64,000 nt of DNA from NCBI RefSeq assembly GCF_018350175.1, contig NC_058368.1, positions 27,034,001-27,098,000 of the forward strand. The letters are read 5' to 3'. This document shows positions 1 through 10,900 of the stretch, one piece after another. A model generated the notes under the pieces. The model saw only the letters and a program-made list of their open reading frames with translations, made no database searches and was not told the origin of the DNA. The stretch is from Felis catus. Lineage: Eukaryota. Each line of letters starts with the position of its first letter. Position 1 is the first letter of the stretch. Both the position numbers and the translations under genes were made by a program.

Positions 1-310
1 GTTAAAACTGTGAGGAGAGCTTCTCAGCATAGATGACTCATATTCCTTCTAGATCATTGGGAGACATTTTGTTTTGAATAAATATATCTTTGGTGAAATG
101 TGCAAAAGACCTGACATGTGCTACTTGCAGTTTTCAGCCTGTTATAATTTCATGAGAAGTGCGGTGTTGATTGAAATTTTCTATTTTTGGTCTTGGTGTT
201 GAGATAGTTTTTTGTTTTACTTTCTGCCTCAATAAAATACGAGGGGGAAAAAAACAACTGTTCATTTTTATGAAATTGTTTTTTTGTATTAAAGTTGTAA
301 TGTTTTAAAA
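1..310 (+). other. Possible 3' UTR end / polyadenylation region of an upstream gene
   Basis: AT-rich unique sequence with AATAAA at 77-82 and 231-236 and ATTAAA at 288-293, each followed by T/GT-rich tracts. The gene cannot be identified. Confidence 0.3.
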
Positions 311-642
311 TTTCCAAGATGCCTTTTCGTAATATAGTTTACTTGTCTAAATTTTAGTTCACAATCTATTTTGTAACCACTGAGTTTTACATTTTGTTCT
401 TTATGCTGTGACTTGGCATTGTGCAGAATTTCTGATATTTTGCTGGCTACTCTAGGAATTAGGGCCTTTGGAGGTCTGTATTTCGAGTTTTATATTATTA
501 TTGATGTTTTCTTGGCTTCTAAGATAGCTTCTAGATCAAGATTGGATGTGTTTACTGAAAGGTATTTATGTAGGACTTCCACTCTTAAATATTACTTGTC
601 AAAAACAAAAAAAAGGGAACTTTCTAAAATGGGCCAACCAGT

Positions 643-844
643 GGGGCACCACCTGGGTGGCTCAGTCAGTTGATTGTCCCACTTCGGCTCAGGTCATGAG
701 CTCATGGTTCGTGAGTTCAAGCCCTGCGTCAGGCTCTGTGCTGGCAGCTCAGAGCCTGGAGCCTGCTTCAGATTCTGTGTCTCCCTCTCTCTCTCCTCCT
801 ACCCCACTGATACTCTGGCTCTCAAAAATAAATAAACATTAAAA
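643..844 (+). mobile_element. Can-SINE (tRNA-derived, felid type)
   Basis: GGGGCACC..TGGGTGGCTCAG head, (CT)n segment, AATAAA-rich tail; duplication TAAAATGGGCCAAC at 625-638 and 845-858. Confidence 0.95.
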
Positions 845-1829
845 TAAAATGGGCCAACAACAACAACAAAACGTTATTTATGACAGTGCATCACTGCCGT
901 GAAGTGGAAATTTTGGTGAAAACCAGTGAGATCAGTCAGGAGGGCCCCCTGGTGACCCATACGTTTCTTCTAAATCTCCTCCTCCTCTCGGAGGAGACCG
1001 CTTTGGTCTGCTTCTCGTCTGCTTCGTTGTCATGTTCTACTGCTATACAGAGTGTTGTTGAATGTTTTCTCTGCCTTATCTTTTTTCTCCTTCTTCCTCC
1101 TTTGCCTTGACAAAGGTGAATGTTCTTTATGGTTCTGTCCCTCCCTGCTTCTGGAGTAACTGAGTGTCTGTAGCTCACTTTCACTTGGTTTCTGGGCCTC
1201 TGCTGAGCAGGACAGAAAAAAAAAAACAAGAGAAGCTTTCTTTCTAGTAGCCTGTGGGGCCCCCAATCAGTCTTGCTCTGCTATAGGCCAGGTGTTGCGA
1301 GTGAGGAGACAGGGTGAGTCTCCCACATTCACACCAAGCTGTGTCCCTACCCTAGAGGCTGCTGAGTCTGTTCAGTCGGTGTGAACCAGAGTCTTCAGTG
1401 AACCCATCCCTTTGGATGGAATTTGGATATTTTGGATAAATTTTCCTAGCTCTTGCTGGTCCTGAGAGGCTGGACTCCGCCTTTCACCTCTTCAGTCAGT
1501 CGAAGGAGATCTGCTCTGACGTGGCTCAACTCTGATGGGAAATTCCTGCTGTTGTGCCTGGCCTCCTAGATTGAACCCGAAGCCCTGGCCTGATTAAACC
1601 CGAGTTTGCTGTGTCCTTCAGAACATGAACCTCAAGGATCAGCCCTAAAAGTAGGTCCCTTTCCCAAACTCTGGCCCTACCTAGCCCCGGCCCTTTGCTT
1701 CCCCGGGGATTAAGGTTTCTGTTTGGATGTGAGTTAAAACAGGCCCCTTCCCCTCTCTCTTCACCTACTCTGAAGGCTTCAGCAATGATATCCATTAGGA
1801 AATATTTGCGGAGCTCCAGTTCTGCATTG

Positions 1830-2011
1830 TCATCTGCCTGATGGACCTCTCACCTCCTTATGTTCCTCCGGTACTTTAAACTCAACGTATGTCTGAAATT
1901 GAACTCTGCCTTCCCACTCATACCAGCTCTTCCAATAGGCTTTCCTGTTATTTTCTGTACTGGCACTATCATCTGTCCTGTCTTCTATGCCAAAACTCTG
2001 GGAATCATTTT
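1830..2011 (+). mobile_element. L2 LINE relic, left part, interrupted by an L1 and resuming near 5245-5310
   Basis: L2-like motifs AAACTCAAC..TCTGAAATTGAACTC and GGCACTATCATC..AAACTCTGGGAATCATT; the L2-like sequence continues after the L1. Confidence 0.55.
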
Positions 2012-5000
2012 CTTTTTTTGTTTGTTTGTTTGACTTTGATATTTTGATTTTTTGTTTATTTTTATTTTAATTCTAGTATAGTTAACATGGAGTTATATTT
2101 GTTTCAGGCGTGTAATACAGTGATTCAACAGTTCCATATATTACTCAGTACTCTTCACTAAGTGTACTCTTAATCCCCTCCAGCTATTTCGTCCATCCTG
2201 TTTCACCCCGCCAGTCTCCCCTGTGTGACCATCAGTTTGCTCTCTATAGTTAAGAATCCGTTTCCTGACTTGTCTCTCTCTTTTTTCCTTTGTTCGCTTG
2301 TTTTGTTTCTTAAATTCTGCATGTGAGTGAAGTCACGTGGCATTTGTCTTTCTCTAACTTATTTCACTTAGCATTCTACTCTCTAGCCTCATCCATGTTG
2401 CAAATGGCAAGATTTCATTCATTTTTATGGCTGAGAAATAATCCTTTTATATATACACCACATCTTTCATCCATTCGTCTATTGATGGACCCTTGGGCTG
2501 CTTCCATATCTTGGCTATTGTAAATAATGCTGCAATAAATACAGGAGTGCATATCTCCTTTCGAATTAGAATTTTTGTATTCTTTGGATAAATACCCAGT
2601 AGTGCAACTGCTGGGTTGTAGGGTAGTTCTATTTTTAATTTCTTGAGGAGCCTCCGTACTGTTTTCCACAGTGGCTGTGCCAATTTACATTCCCACCAGC
2701 AGTGCACAAGGGTTCCTTTTTTCTCCATACCTCGCCAACACTTGTTGTTTCTTGAGTTTTTTATATTAGCCATTCTGAAAAATATGAGGTGGTATCTCAT
2801 TATGGTTTTGATGTGCATTTCCCTGACACTGAGTGATGTTGAGCATCTTTTCATGTGTCTCTTGGCTATCTGGGTGTCTTCTTCGGAGAAATATCTGTTG
2901 ATGTATTCTGTCCACTTTTTAATTGGATTATTTGTTTTTTGGCTGTTGAGTTGTATAAGTTCTTTATATATTTTGGACACTAACCCTTTATCAAAGATGT
3001 CATTTGCAAATATATTCTCCCATTCAGTAGGTTGTTTTTTACTTTCATTAGTTGTTTCCTTTGATGTGCAGGAGCTTTTCATTTTGCTGCAGTTCCAATA
3101 TTTATTTTTGCTTTTATTTCCCTTGCCTCAGGAGACCTATCTAGAAAAATGTTGCTATGGCCAATGTCAGAGAGATTACTGCCTGTGTTCTCTTCAAGGA
3201 TTTTTATGGTTTCAGGTCTTACATTAAGGTCCTTAATCCATTTTGTGTTTATTTTTGTGCATGGTGTAAGAAATGGTCCAGTTTCATTCTTTTTCATGAA
3301 GCTATCCCGTTTTCCCAACACCATTTGTTGAAGAGACCTTTTCTCATTGCATATTATTGCCTGCTTTTCCAAGGGTTAGTTGATCATGTAATTGTGAGTT
3401 TATTTCTGGGATTTCTATACTGTTGTACTGATCTATGGGTCTGTTTTTATGCCAGTACCATACTGTTTTGATTACTACAGCTTTGTAATATAATTTGAAG
3501 TCTGGACTTGTGATACCTCCAGCTTTACTTTTTCACGATTGCTTTGTCTGTGTGGGGTCTTTTGTGGTTCCATACATATTTTAGAATTGTTTGTTCTAGT
3601 TCTGTGAAAAATGCTCTTAGTATTTTGATAGGGATTACAATAAATCTGCAGATTGTTTTGGGCAGTGGAGACATTGTAACAATATTTGTTCTTCCAGTCC
3701 ATGAGCACGGAACGTCTTTTCATTTCTTTGTGTCATCTTCAGTTTCTTTCATCAGTGTTTTATAGTTTTCAGAGTACAGGTCTTCCACTTCTTTGGTTAA
3801 TTTTATTACTAAATATTTTATTGCTTATGGCATAATTGTAAATGGGATTATTTTCTAATTTTTCTTTCTGCTGCTTCATTATTTAGGGTATGGGAATGCA
3901 ATTGATTTCTGTACATTGAGATTGTACTCTGTGACCTTACTGAATTCATTTATAATTCTAATAGTTATTTTTGTGGAGTGTTTAGGGTTTTTTTTTGTCT
4001 ACATCTACAAATAGTTTGTCTTCTTCCTTACCAGTTTTGATGCTTTTTATTTTTGTTGTCTGATTGCTGTGGTTAGGACTTCCAGTACTATGTTGATAAA
4101 AGTGGTGAGAGTGGACATCCCTGTCTTATTCCTGACCTTAGGGGAAAAGCTTTCAGTTTTTCCCCATTGAGTCTGATGTTTGTTGTGGGTTTCTCATATA
4201 TGGACTTATTATGTTGAGTATGTTCCCTCTAAACCTACTTTGTTGAGGGTTTTTATCGTGAATGATAGTGTAATTTGTCATATGCTTTTTCGACATCTAT
4301 TGAAATGATCGTATGTTTTTTTATCCTTTCTCTTATTGATGTGATGTATCCCATTGATTGATTTGTGAATATTGAACCAGCCTTGTATCCTGGGAATCAA
4401 TCCTGCTTGATTGTGGTGAATGACTTTTTAATGTATTGTTGGATTCAGTTTGCTAATATTTTGCTGAGGATTTTTGTATCTATGTTCATCAGAGATATTG
4501 GCCGGTGGTGTCCTCTCTTTTTCTCTCTCTTTTGTGATGTCTTTATCTGGTTTTGGTATCAGGGTAATTCTGGCCTCATAGAATGAATTTGGAAGTTTTC
4601 TTTCCTCTTCTGTGTTTTGGAAAAGTTTGAGAAAAATAGGTATGAACTTTTCTTTCAGTATTTGTAGAATTCACCTGTGAAGTCATCTGGTCCTGGGATT
4701 TTGGTTTTTGAGTTTTTTGTTTTTTGTTTTTTTCTATTTTGATTCAGTTTCATTGCTGGTAACTGGTCTATTCACATTTTCTGTTTCTTCCTGCTTCAGT
4801 TTTGGTAGGTTATCTTTCTAGGAGTTACCCATTTCTTCTGGGTTGTTCAATTTTTTAGCATATAGTTTTTCACAATATTCTCTTAAAATTGTTTGTATTT
4901 CTGTGGTGTCATTTGTCATTTCTCCTCTTTTCTGATTTTTTTTTTTTTATTTGAGACCTCTCTGTCTCTCCCTTCCTCATCTGGCTAGAGGTTTATCAAG

Positions 5001-5244
5001 TTTGCTGATCTTTTCAAAGAACTAACTTGTTTTATTGATTAGTTCTATTGCTTTTTAGTTTCTATATCATTTATTTCTGCTCTCATCTTTATTATTTCCT
5101 TCCTTCTGCTGGTTTTGGGTTTTATTTGTTCTTCTTTTTCTAATTTCTTTTTCCGACTCCATTAGGTATAGGGTTGAGTTATTTATTTGAGGTAGGCCTG
5201 TATTGCTATAAACTTCCCTCTTAGAACTGCTTTTGCTGCACCCA
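2012..5244 (-). mobile_element. 5'-truncated carnivore LINE-1 (~3.2 kb: most of ORF2, 3' UTR, decayed poly(A)); inactive
   Basis: T-rich tail at ~2012-2070. Minus-strand translations match L1 ORF2: [11 protein letters not shown] near 4100-4133, C-terminal [16 protein letters not shown]. Many stops and frameshifts. Putative TSD GGAATCATTTT (2001-2011) / GGAGTCATTTT (5245-5255). Confidence 0.95.
2447..3082 (-). pseudogene. L1 ORF2p C-terminal fragment (cysteine-rich domain), degenerate
   Basis: 211 aa frame with typical L1 ORF2 C-terminal motifs ([43 protein letters not shown]); upstream frame is broken. Confidence 0.9.
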
Positions 5245-5959
5245 GGAGTCATTTTTTACTCCACTTCCTACCTCACTTCACATTTAGTCACTTGCCAAAA
5301 TGTCAGTTCTTTCTTGCTGTGTTTCCTATGCTTTCTAACTCCTCATTCTTATTCCTTCACCCTGCACTTTTTTTGATTATTCTCTTTTTTTCTGTTTGAA
5401 ATGCAATTTCTCCTCACTTTTGCTGTTTTGAAACATGGTTATCCTTTAACAACCAGTAAAGATGCTTTCCTTTCCAAAAGAATCTTCCCTGGTGTGCCCA
5501 GATGGAATTATTTTCTCATATAGTAGTTTTTGAAAAAAAAAAAAACATATTTTTTGTTATTTATGTTCCTGTTGTACTGTTCTGGTTACATTGTAAGCCC
5601 CTGAGATAAAGATATGAGTGTGCTTATATTTATATGGTTTATCGTTATAAGTCTAGAGGATAAAACTTTAAACGGCAGCAAAATCCCCTCACCACTTTAT
5701 AAGGTGGTTCCTGAGCTGCAGGCATCAGTGCTGCCTTCCATGGATGTTTTGGCTGCGTGTTCTCTAGCACTACTTTATGTACACAGAAACACATCCGCCA
5801 CCTTGTTGTGTTTGTGTCTACCTAAACACTAGGCTAAAAATGGCCCATTCTGTAGAAAATGTCTTTATAATCACCCAATTATTTTCCCAGCTAAGCTCAA
5901 ACAACCAGAAAGCCAACATAGAAAGAACCAGAAGTAGTCAAAAAGCAAAGAAAATGGTA

Positions 5960-6720
5960 TAACTAGTTTGGAAAAAAGTCTGGTTCCTCACAAATTAGAC
6001 ATACAGTTATGATATATTTTTCTCTTAGGCGTACACCCAAGAGAAATGAAAATATATGTCCATCTGAATACCTATACGTGAATGTTCATAACAGCATTAT
6101 TCAAAATAGCTAAAAAATGGAAACCAACCAAACGTTCATTAACTGATGAGTGGATAAACAAAAGCTGGTATGTCTATGCAATGGCATTTTATTCAACTAC
6201 AAAAAGGAACGAAGTACTGACACAGGCTATAAGGATGAACCTTGAAGACGTTATGCTTAGTGAAAGAAGCCAGGCACAGCGGCCACTTACTGATTCTCTT
6301 TATATGAAATGTCCACAATAGGCAAATCCTTAAACACAGAAAGTAGAGGGGTGCCTGGGTGGCTCCATCAGCTAAGTGTCTGACTCTTGATCTCAGCTCA
6401 AGTCTTGATCTTAGGGTTGTGAGCTCAAGCCCTGTGTTGGGCTCTGCACTGAGCATGAAGTCTACTTAAAAAACAAACAAACAAAAACCCAGGAAACAGG
6501 AAGTAGATTAGTGGTTGCCATGGTTGTGATGGAGGAAATGGGGAGTGACTGCTAATGGGGATGGGGTTTCTTTTGGGGATTATAAAAATGTTCTGGGATT
6601 AGACAGCAGTAATGGTTACATAACTCTGAACATACTAATATTCACTAAATTGTACACTTTAAATGGTTAACTTTTTATGGTATATGAATTACACCCCAAT
6701 ATAGCTGTTATTAAAAAAAG
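5960..6720 (+). mobile_element. Old L1MB-like LINE-1 3' fragment, interrupted by a short SINE
   Basis: ORF2 end (MFITALFKIAKKWK), L1MB-type 3' UTR (GGCAAATCC..GAAAGTAGATTAGTGGTTGCC..GGAGTGACTGCTAATGGG), A tail near 6713. Confidence 0.85.
6348..6490 (+). mobile_element. Short, older Can-SINE (tRNA head without CT segment)
   Basis: GGGGTGCCTGGGTGGCTC..GACTCTTGATCTCAG..TCAAGCCC head, A-rich tail; imperfect TSD ACAGAAAGTAG / ACAGGAAGTAG. Confidence 0.85.
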
Positions 6721-8821
6721 AAGAAAGGTTTATAGAATTTAAAGGTAGAAAGAGAAAGGGTTTGAAAATGTTTCGTTGAGCCAAGGTAGGCCCTCTGACT
6801 GGTTAGGCTAGTTAAAATGCTTACAGATGACAAAATGAAGGTGAGAGAAATTAACCTACTTAGGATTTTGTAGCGTGTGGTGGGGAGGATTGAAGGAACC
6901 ACTGTTCAACACACATGCTTATGCCACTAATTCTGTTGCCTTCTCAGAATAGCATACGCCTCATATGAGATATGTCTAGTGAACATATCACTCAGAGAGG
7001 CCTGATGACTGTTTGTTTGATGTCTGGACTTCTGTAGGATAACTCCCCACCCCACCCCCCCCCCCTTCCCCCGACACTCCTCCACATTGTTTACTTTCTG
7101 GTGTCTTAAATGGTGTTGTATATGTGTGCTGTTAATCCTTGTGATTGGCTTACTATGTTCTTTCCTCACTAGAAACAGTGGTTGTTGGTCATCCCTGTGA
7201 AAGGAGAATGCTTGGGGCTTATGCCTAGGGGTGACCATAATTTCTTAAATGCACCACGTGAAAGACAAAATGCACCAAACAATTCAGGAGAGGATTTTAC
7301 TCAGGCTATAGCACAGGAAAGAATGTTCATTAGTGAGGACTGTCCAGGGGAAAAACACTTGGGTTTCATAAAACAAGGGAGTCAGGGAATAAGGGTAGAG
7401 GTGGATCTTAGAAGAGGAGAAGGCATACCTTCTCCATACATCAACAATAAGTTGAAATGATGCAGACTTCTGCAGGTATTATAAAGATGGAAGCAATCTT
7501 GAAGTGTCGCTTAAGGGAAGACATTGTTCCCTCTCTACACAATTGAAGTGAGACTCCCGTACCTGATGGTAGTCAGTTTTAAAGGAAACTACAAGATGTC
7601 AGGAGATTGAAAGAAGGGGAAGGGGCTGACTTGTGTGAACCAAGTCCTGTAGGTATGTGAGTATCTTGGCAAAGTGCCTCCTAAGCCAGAGCCGTGGCCA
7701 GCTTGGAAAGCATCAGCTCAGCAGGAGAGGAACTTTGGAGTAAGGTGATGGAATGATTTTTCCTAAGAGCTGATGGAGTTATTTTTGAACATAAAAAGTG
7801 GTAAAAAAAAAAAATAAAAATCCTGCAGTTAGGGTCGTTAAGACTGATTTTGTTCCAGCACAGACTAGCTCAGTAACAAATTAGTCTTTCCTAGTGTTTT
7901 TTTTTTTTTCCCCTTAGCCTAATTTCCATGATTTTACCATATGGAAACTCTGACTTTTATAAAGAACTTGCTCCACTGAGCAAGCTTGGTGCATTTTTCA
8001 AATGTTTTTTGACATTAACAGCTCTATTTCTCAATTAGCAAAGGGAATAAAGTTGATTATGCATATCCATGGGTGACAATTTACATCTGATTAGCCAGCT
8101 CTAAGGTAAACATTAAAAGGTCACTATAAATAACTTTTACTTCCTTTGTTTTCAGAAAGACCAGTCACTAAGTCCTAGCTTTGTCCTGCTCCCCATGGTT
8201 GAAAGGCCCTATTTTAAAATGATGGCTTAAAGTAATATTGGGTAATAAAATCTGTAGAATTTAAAGCTTAGTTAGTTGACATTTTGTTTGTTGCATTTTT
8301 CTAATCATATTCTGATTCCCATCTGTTTTTGTGAGAACTATTAGCTAATCATAGACATAAAAAAAAAAAAAAAAGGAACATATGTAGACTTACAACATGT
8401 TCTGGTAACCTATTCATGGGTTTACCCTTAGAGCTGAAAGGTCTTTTGGCTTTTTTTTTTTTTTCTGACTAAAAATAGGCAAACTGTCAGAGAGAGGGAG
8501 AGAGGAAATTAACTCTATCTCCTCTATTATAAAAATTAACAATTCATCCTTTTCTTATGCTCACTGGAATCAGAGGCTTGATGGCTTGTGTATGAGAAAG
8601 ATTTGGAAAAGTAAATTTATGGTGTGAATTGTGCAGGCAGTAGTCCAGGTCTTTCTTTGGTGTCCCATTGGCAGACCTGTAGTGGTTGAACTTCCTCAAG
8701 GCTCCTCGTTGGTGGCAGCGCTTTTAGACAGGTGACCCTGCTCTCTCAATGCACTCGTGAACGTCGTTTTTGTCTTTCTCCATTTTATTTCCAAACAATG
8801 GAAATAGTCGTATTGTTGGTA

Positions 8822-10255
8822 ATTAGTTTTTAATTGTAAAAGTACTCATGCTGTTGATAAAATTAGATAATATGAAAAGGTGTGAAGAAGAAAGGAAGAT
8901 GTGAAGAAAGAACTTATAGTCCCACTTCTCAGAGATAATGATTATTTTCATTTTGGTAAATATCCTTCCAAGTATGTACTTCCCCCCCCCCACTTCCTGT
9001 GTATATAAACAAATATATTTTAACACGTGACAATGTCGTATATTGTTTTTAACCCAATTTTAGAAACTTTTGTAACATGTGTAGTTTTCTGTGGAACTAA
9101 TTTTGCATATGTCTTTCATTTTAATGGGTATATGATATTGCAATATGAAGAGCCGCTATAATTTCTTAAGTAACTCTGTGTTGACGGACATTTAAGTTGT
9201 TCTCTAGGATAAATTCTGGTGGAAATTCTGGGTTATAATTTTTGATACTCATGTTAAACTACTTTTCAGAGCTCTTTTATCAATGGTGTTTAACAGTACC
9301 CCTTTTCTCATATCTTTAGTGAAAGTATTTTTAAAATTTTTGTCATTCTAGGGACACCTGGGTGGCTCAGTCGGTTAAGCGTCTGACTTAGGCTCAGGTC
9401 ATGATCTTGCGGTTGGCAGGTTCGAGCCCCACGTTGGGCTCTATGCTGACAGCCCAGAGCCTAGAACCTTCTTCAGATTCTGTGTCTCCCTCTCTCTGCC
9501 CTCCCCAGCTCATGCTCGGTCTCTCTTTCAAAAATAAACATGAAAACAATTGAAATATTTGTCATTCTGATATGCAAAATATTATTTAAAATTTAAATAT
9601 CTTTGATTTGGGAGTTTGAAAACTTTACATAAATTTAGAAGCATTTTATAAACCTGTGAAGGTTGTTTGTTTTGCTTTTTCTAATGGGGAGTTTGTATTT
9701 TTGTATTGGTTCACAAGAATTCTTTATATATTAGGGAGATGAACCCTCTGCCATATAAATCAACTTACTCAAAATAAATTAGATGCCAGGCAGTGGGCCA
9801 AATATACATTTTTCTCAATTTGTCAGTTGTCTTTTCCTTTGAATTTATAGTATTTTTCACAATTAAAAATTTATTTAATCAAATGTATTAATGTTTATAG
9901 TTATGGGCTTTAAAGTCATGCTTAGAAAAATCTTCTTCCCCTTGGATTATAGAAATTGTCCCTTGAGTTTTCTTCTGGTTCATTTGTGATTTTTTTTTTT
10001 AACATTTAAAGATTTAATCTATCTGGAATTAATTTGGGGGGCAGATACTTGGTAAGGATCCAAAATTATTATTTCTCCATTACCTCAGCACCATTATTCC
10101 AGAGTTCGCTGTTTTTCCACTTCCATCACATACAAAGTTCCCATGGGTTTTGGAATCTAATTCTGCTTCCTTTCTTCTGTTCCGCAGATCTATTACCATG
10201 ATATTAACTCAGAAATACAAAAATATATTATCATCGAGCAGTGCTAACTTTCCCT
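8822..10255 (-). mobile_element. Ancient L1ME-like LINE-1 relic (3' end leftward), interrupted by a SINE
   Basis: T-rich stretch with L1ME-like blocks (CAGAGATAATG..ATTTTGGTAAATATCCTTCCA; TTCTTTATATATTAGG..AACCCTCTG; GTCATGCTTAGAAAA; ACATTTAAA..ATCTGGAATT). Confidence 0.6.
9351..9552 (+). mobile_element. Can-SINE (felid type)
   Basis: Full head, body and tail; TSD TTTGTCATTCT at 9339-9349 and 9558-9568. Confidence 0.95.
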
Positions 10256-10289
10256 TACAGAGTGAGGTGGAGAGTGTTTGAGGAGTATT

Positions 10290-10443
10290 GAGAATGATTT
10301 CTAAGGCTTTCAGGAGGTGACCCCTGAATGAACCGTAAAGATGTAGCAGGAGTAAGCCAAGTGAGGGTCACGTTGGGGTAACGGGGAAGTGCATTCCAGG
10401 CAGAGACGTTAGCATGAATGGTCTCAGAGGTAAGAAGCAGCAG

Positions 10444-10497
<54 letters not shown>

Positions 10498-10900
10498 GTG
10501 AAATACGGGGCAGATGTCATGAGAAATGAAGTTGGAGCCATGGTCAGGTGCCTAATGCTTGGGGTTCTTTCAACCGCGTAAGAAATCTGGATATTTTTCA
10601 GATGGCATGTATTGTTAAAGTGTTCTAAGCAGAGGCCTGACACTGGTTTGAGTTTTAGAGAGATTTTCTTTTTTTAATTTTTCACATGTACGATCCATTC
10701 TAGAGAAATCAGCCTATAAGCAAAGAGATCACTAGACGTTCCTTAGTAATCCAAATAAGGGGTGACAGGGACCTCAACCCAGGCGACATAGCAGATGGGG
10801 AGAAGAGGGTTAGATGCGAAGCCCGTTTTGGTGAGTTCCATGAAGAATGGTGAATGATGCAGATGGAAGAGTGAAGGGTGGCTCTGGGTTTCCCAGCACT
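10290..10900 (-). mobile_element. L2 LINE relic
   Basis: Purine-rich L2-antisense-like blocks (GCATTCCAGGCAGAG, AATGAAGTTGGAG, TTCTAAGCAGAGG, TAATCCAAATAAG). Confidence 0.5.
10447..10494. repeat. (GT)n microsatellite, ~24 units
   Basis: Perfect dinucleotide run. Confidence 0.97.

Noticed and set aside
936..1266. Basic minus-strand ORFs with an acceptor-like tract near 1205-1226
   Set aside because: No recognisable domain and no convincing donor; the composition follows from the local pyrimidine bias.
2643..3471. + strand ORFs of 194, 60 and 104 aa that look like membrane proteins
   Set aside because: They are antisense frames of L1 ORF2; the T-rich strand yields hydrophobic pseudo-peptides.
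7250..7790. Possible ancient LTR relic
   Set aside because: Only vague resemblance; no defined TG..CA ends or TSD could be found.
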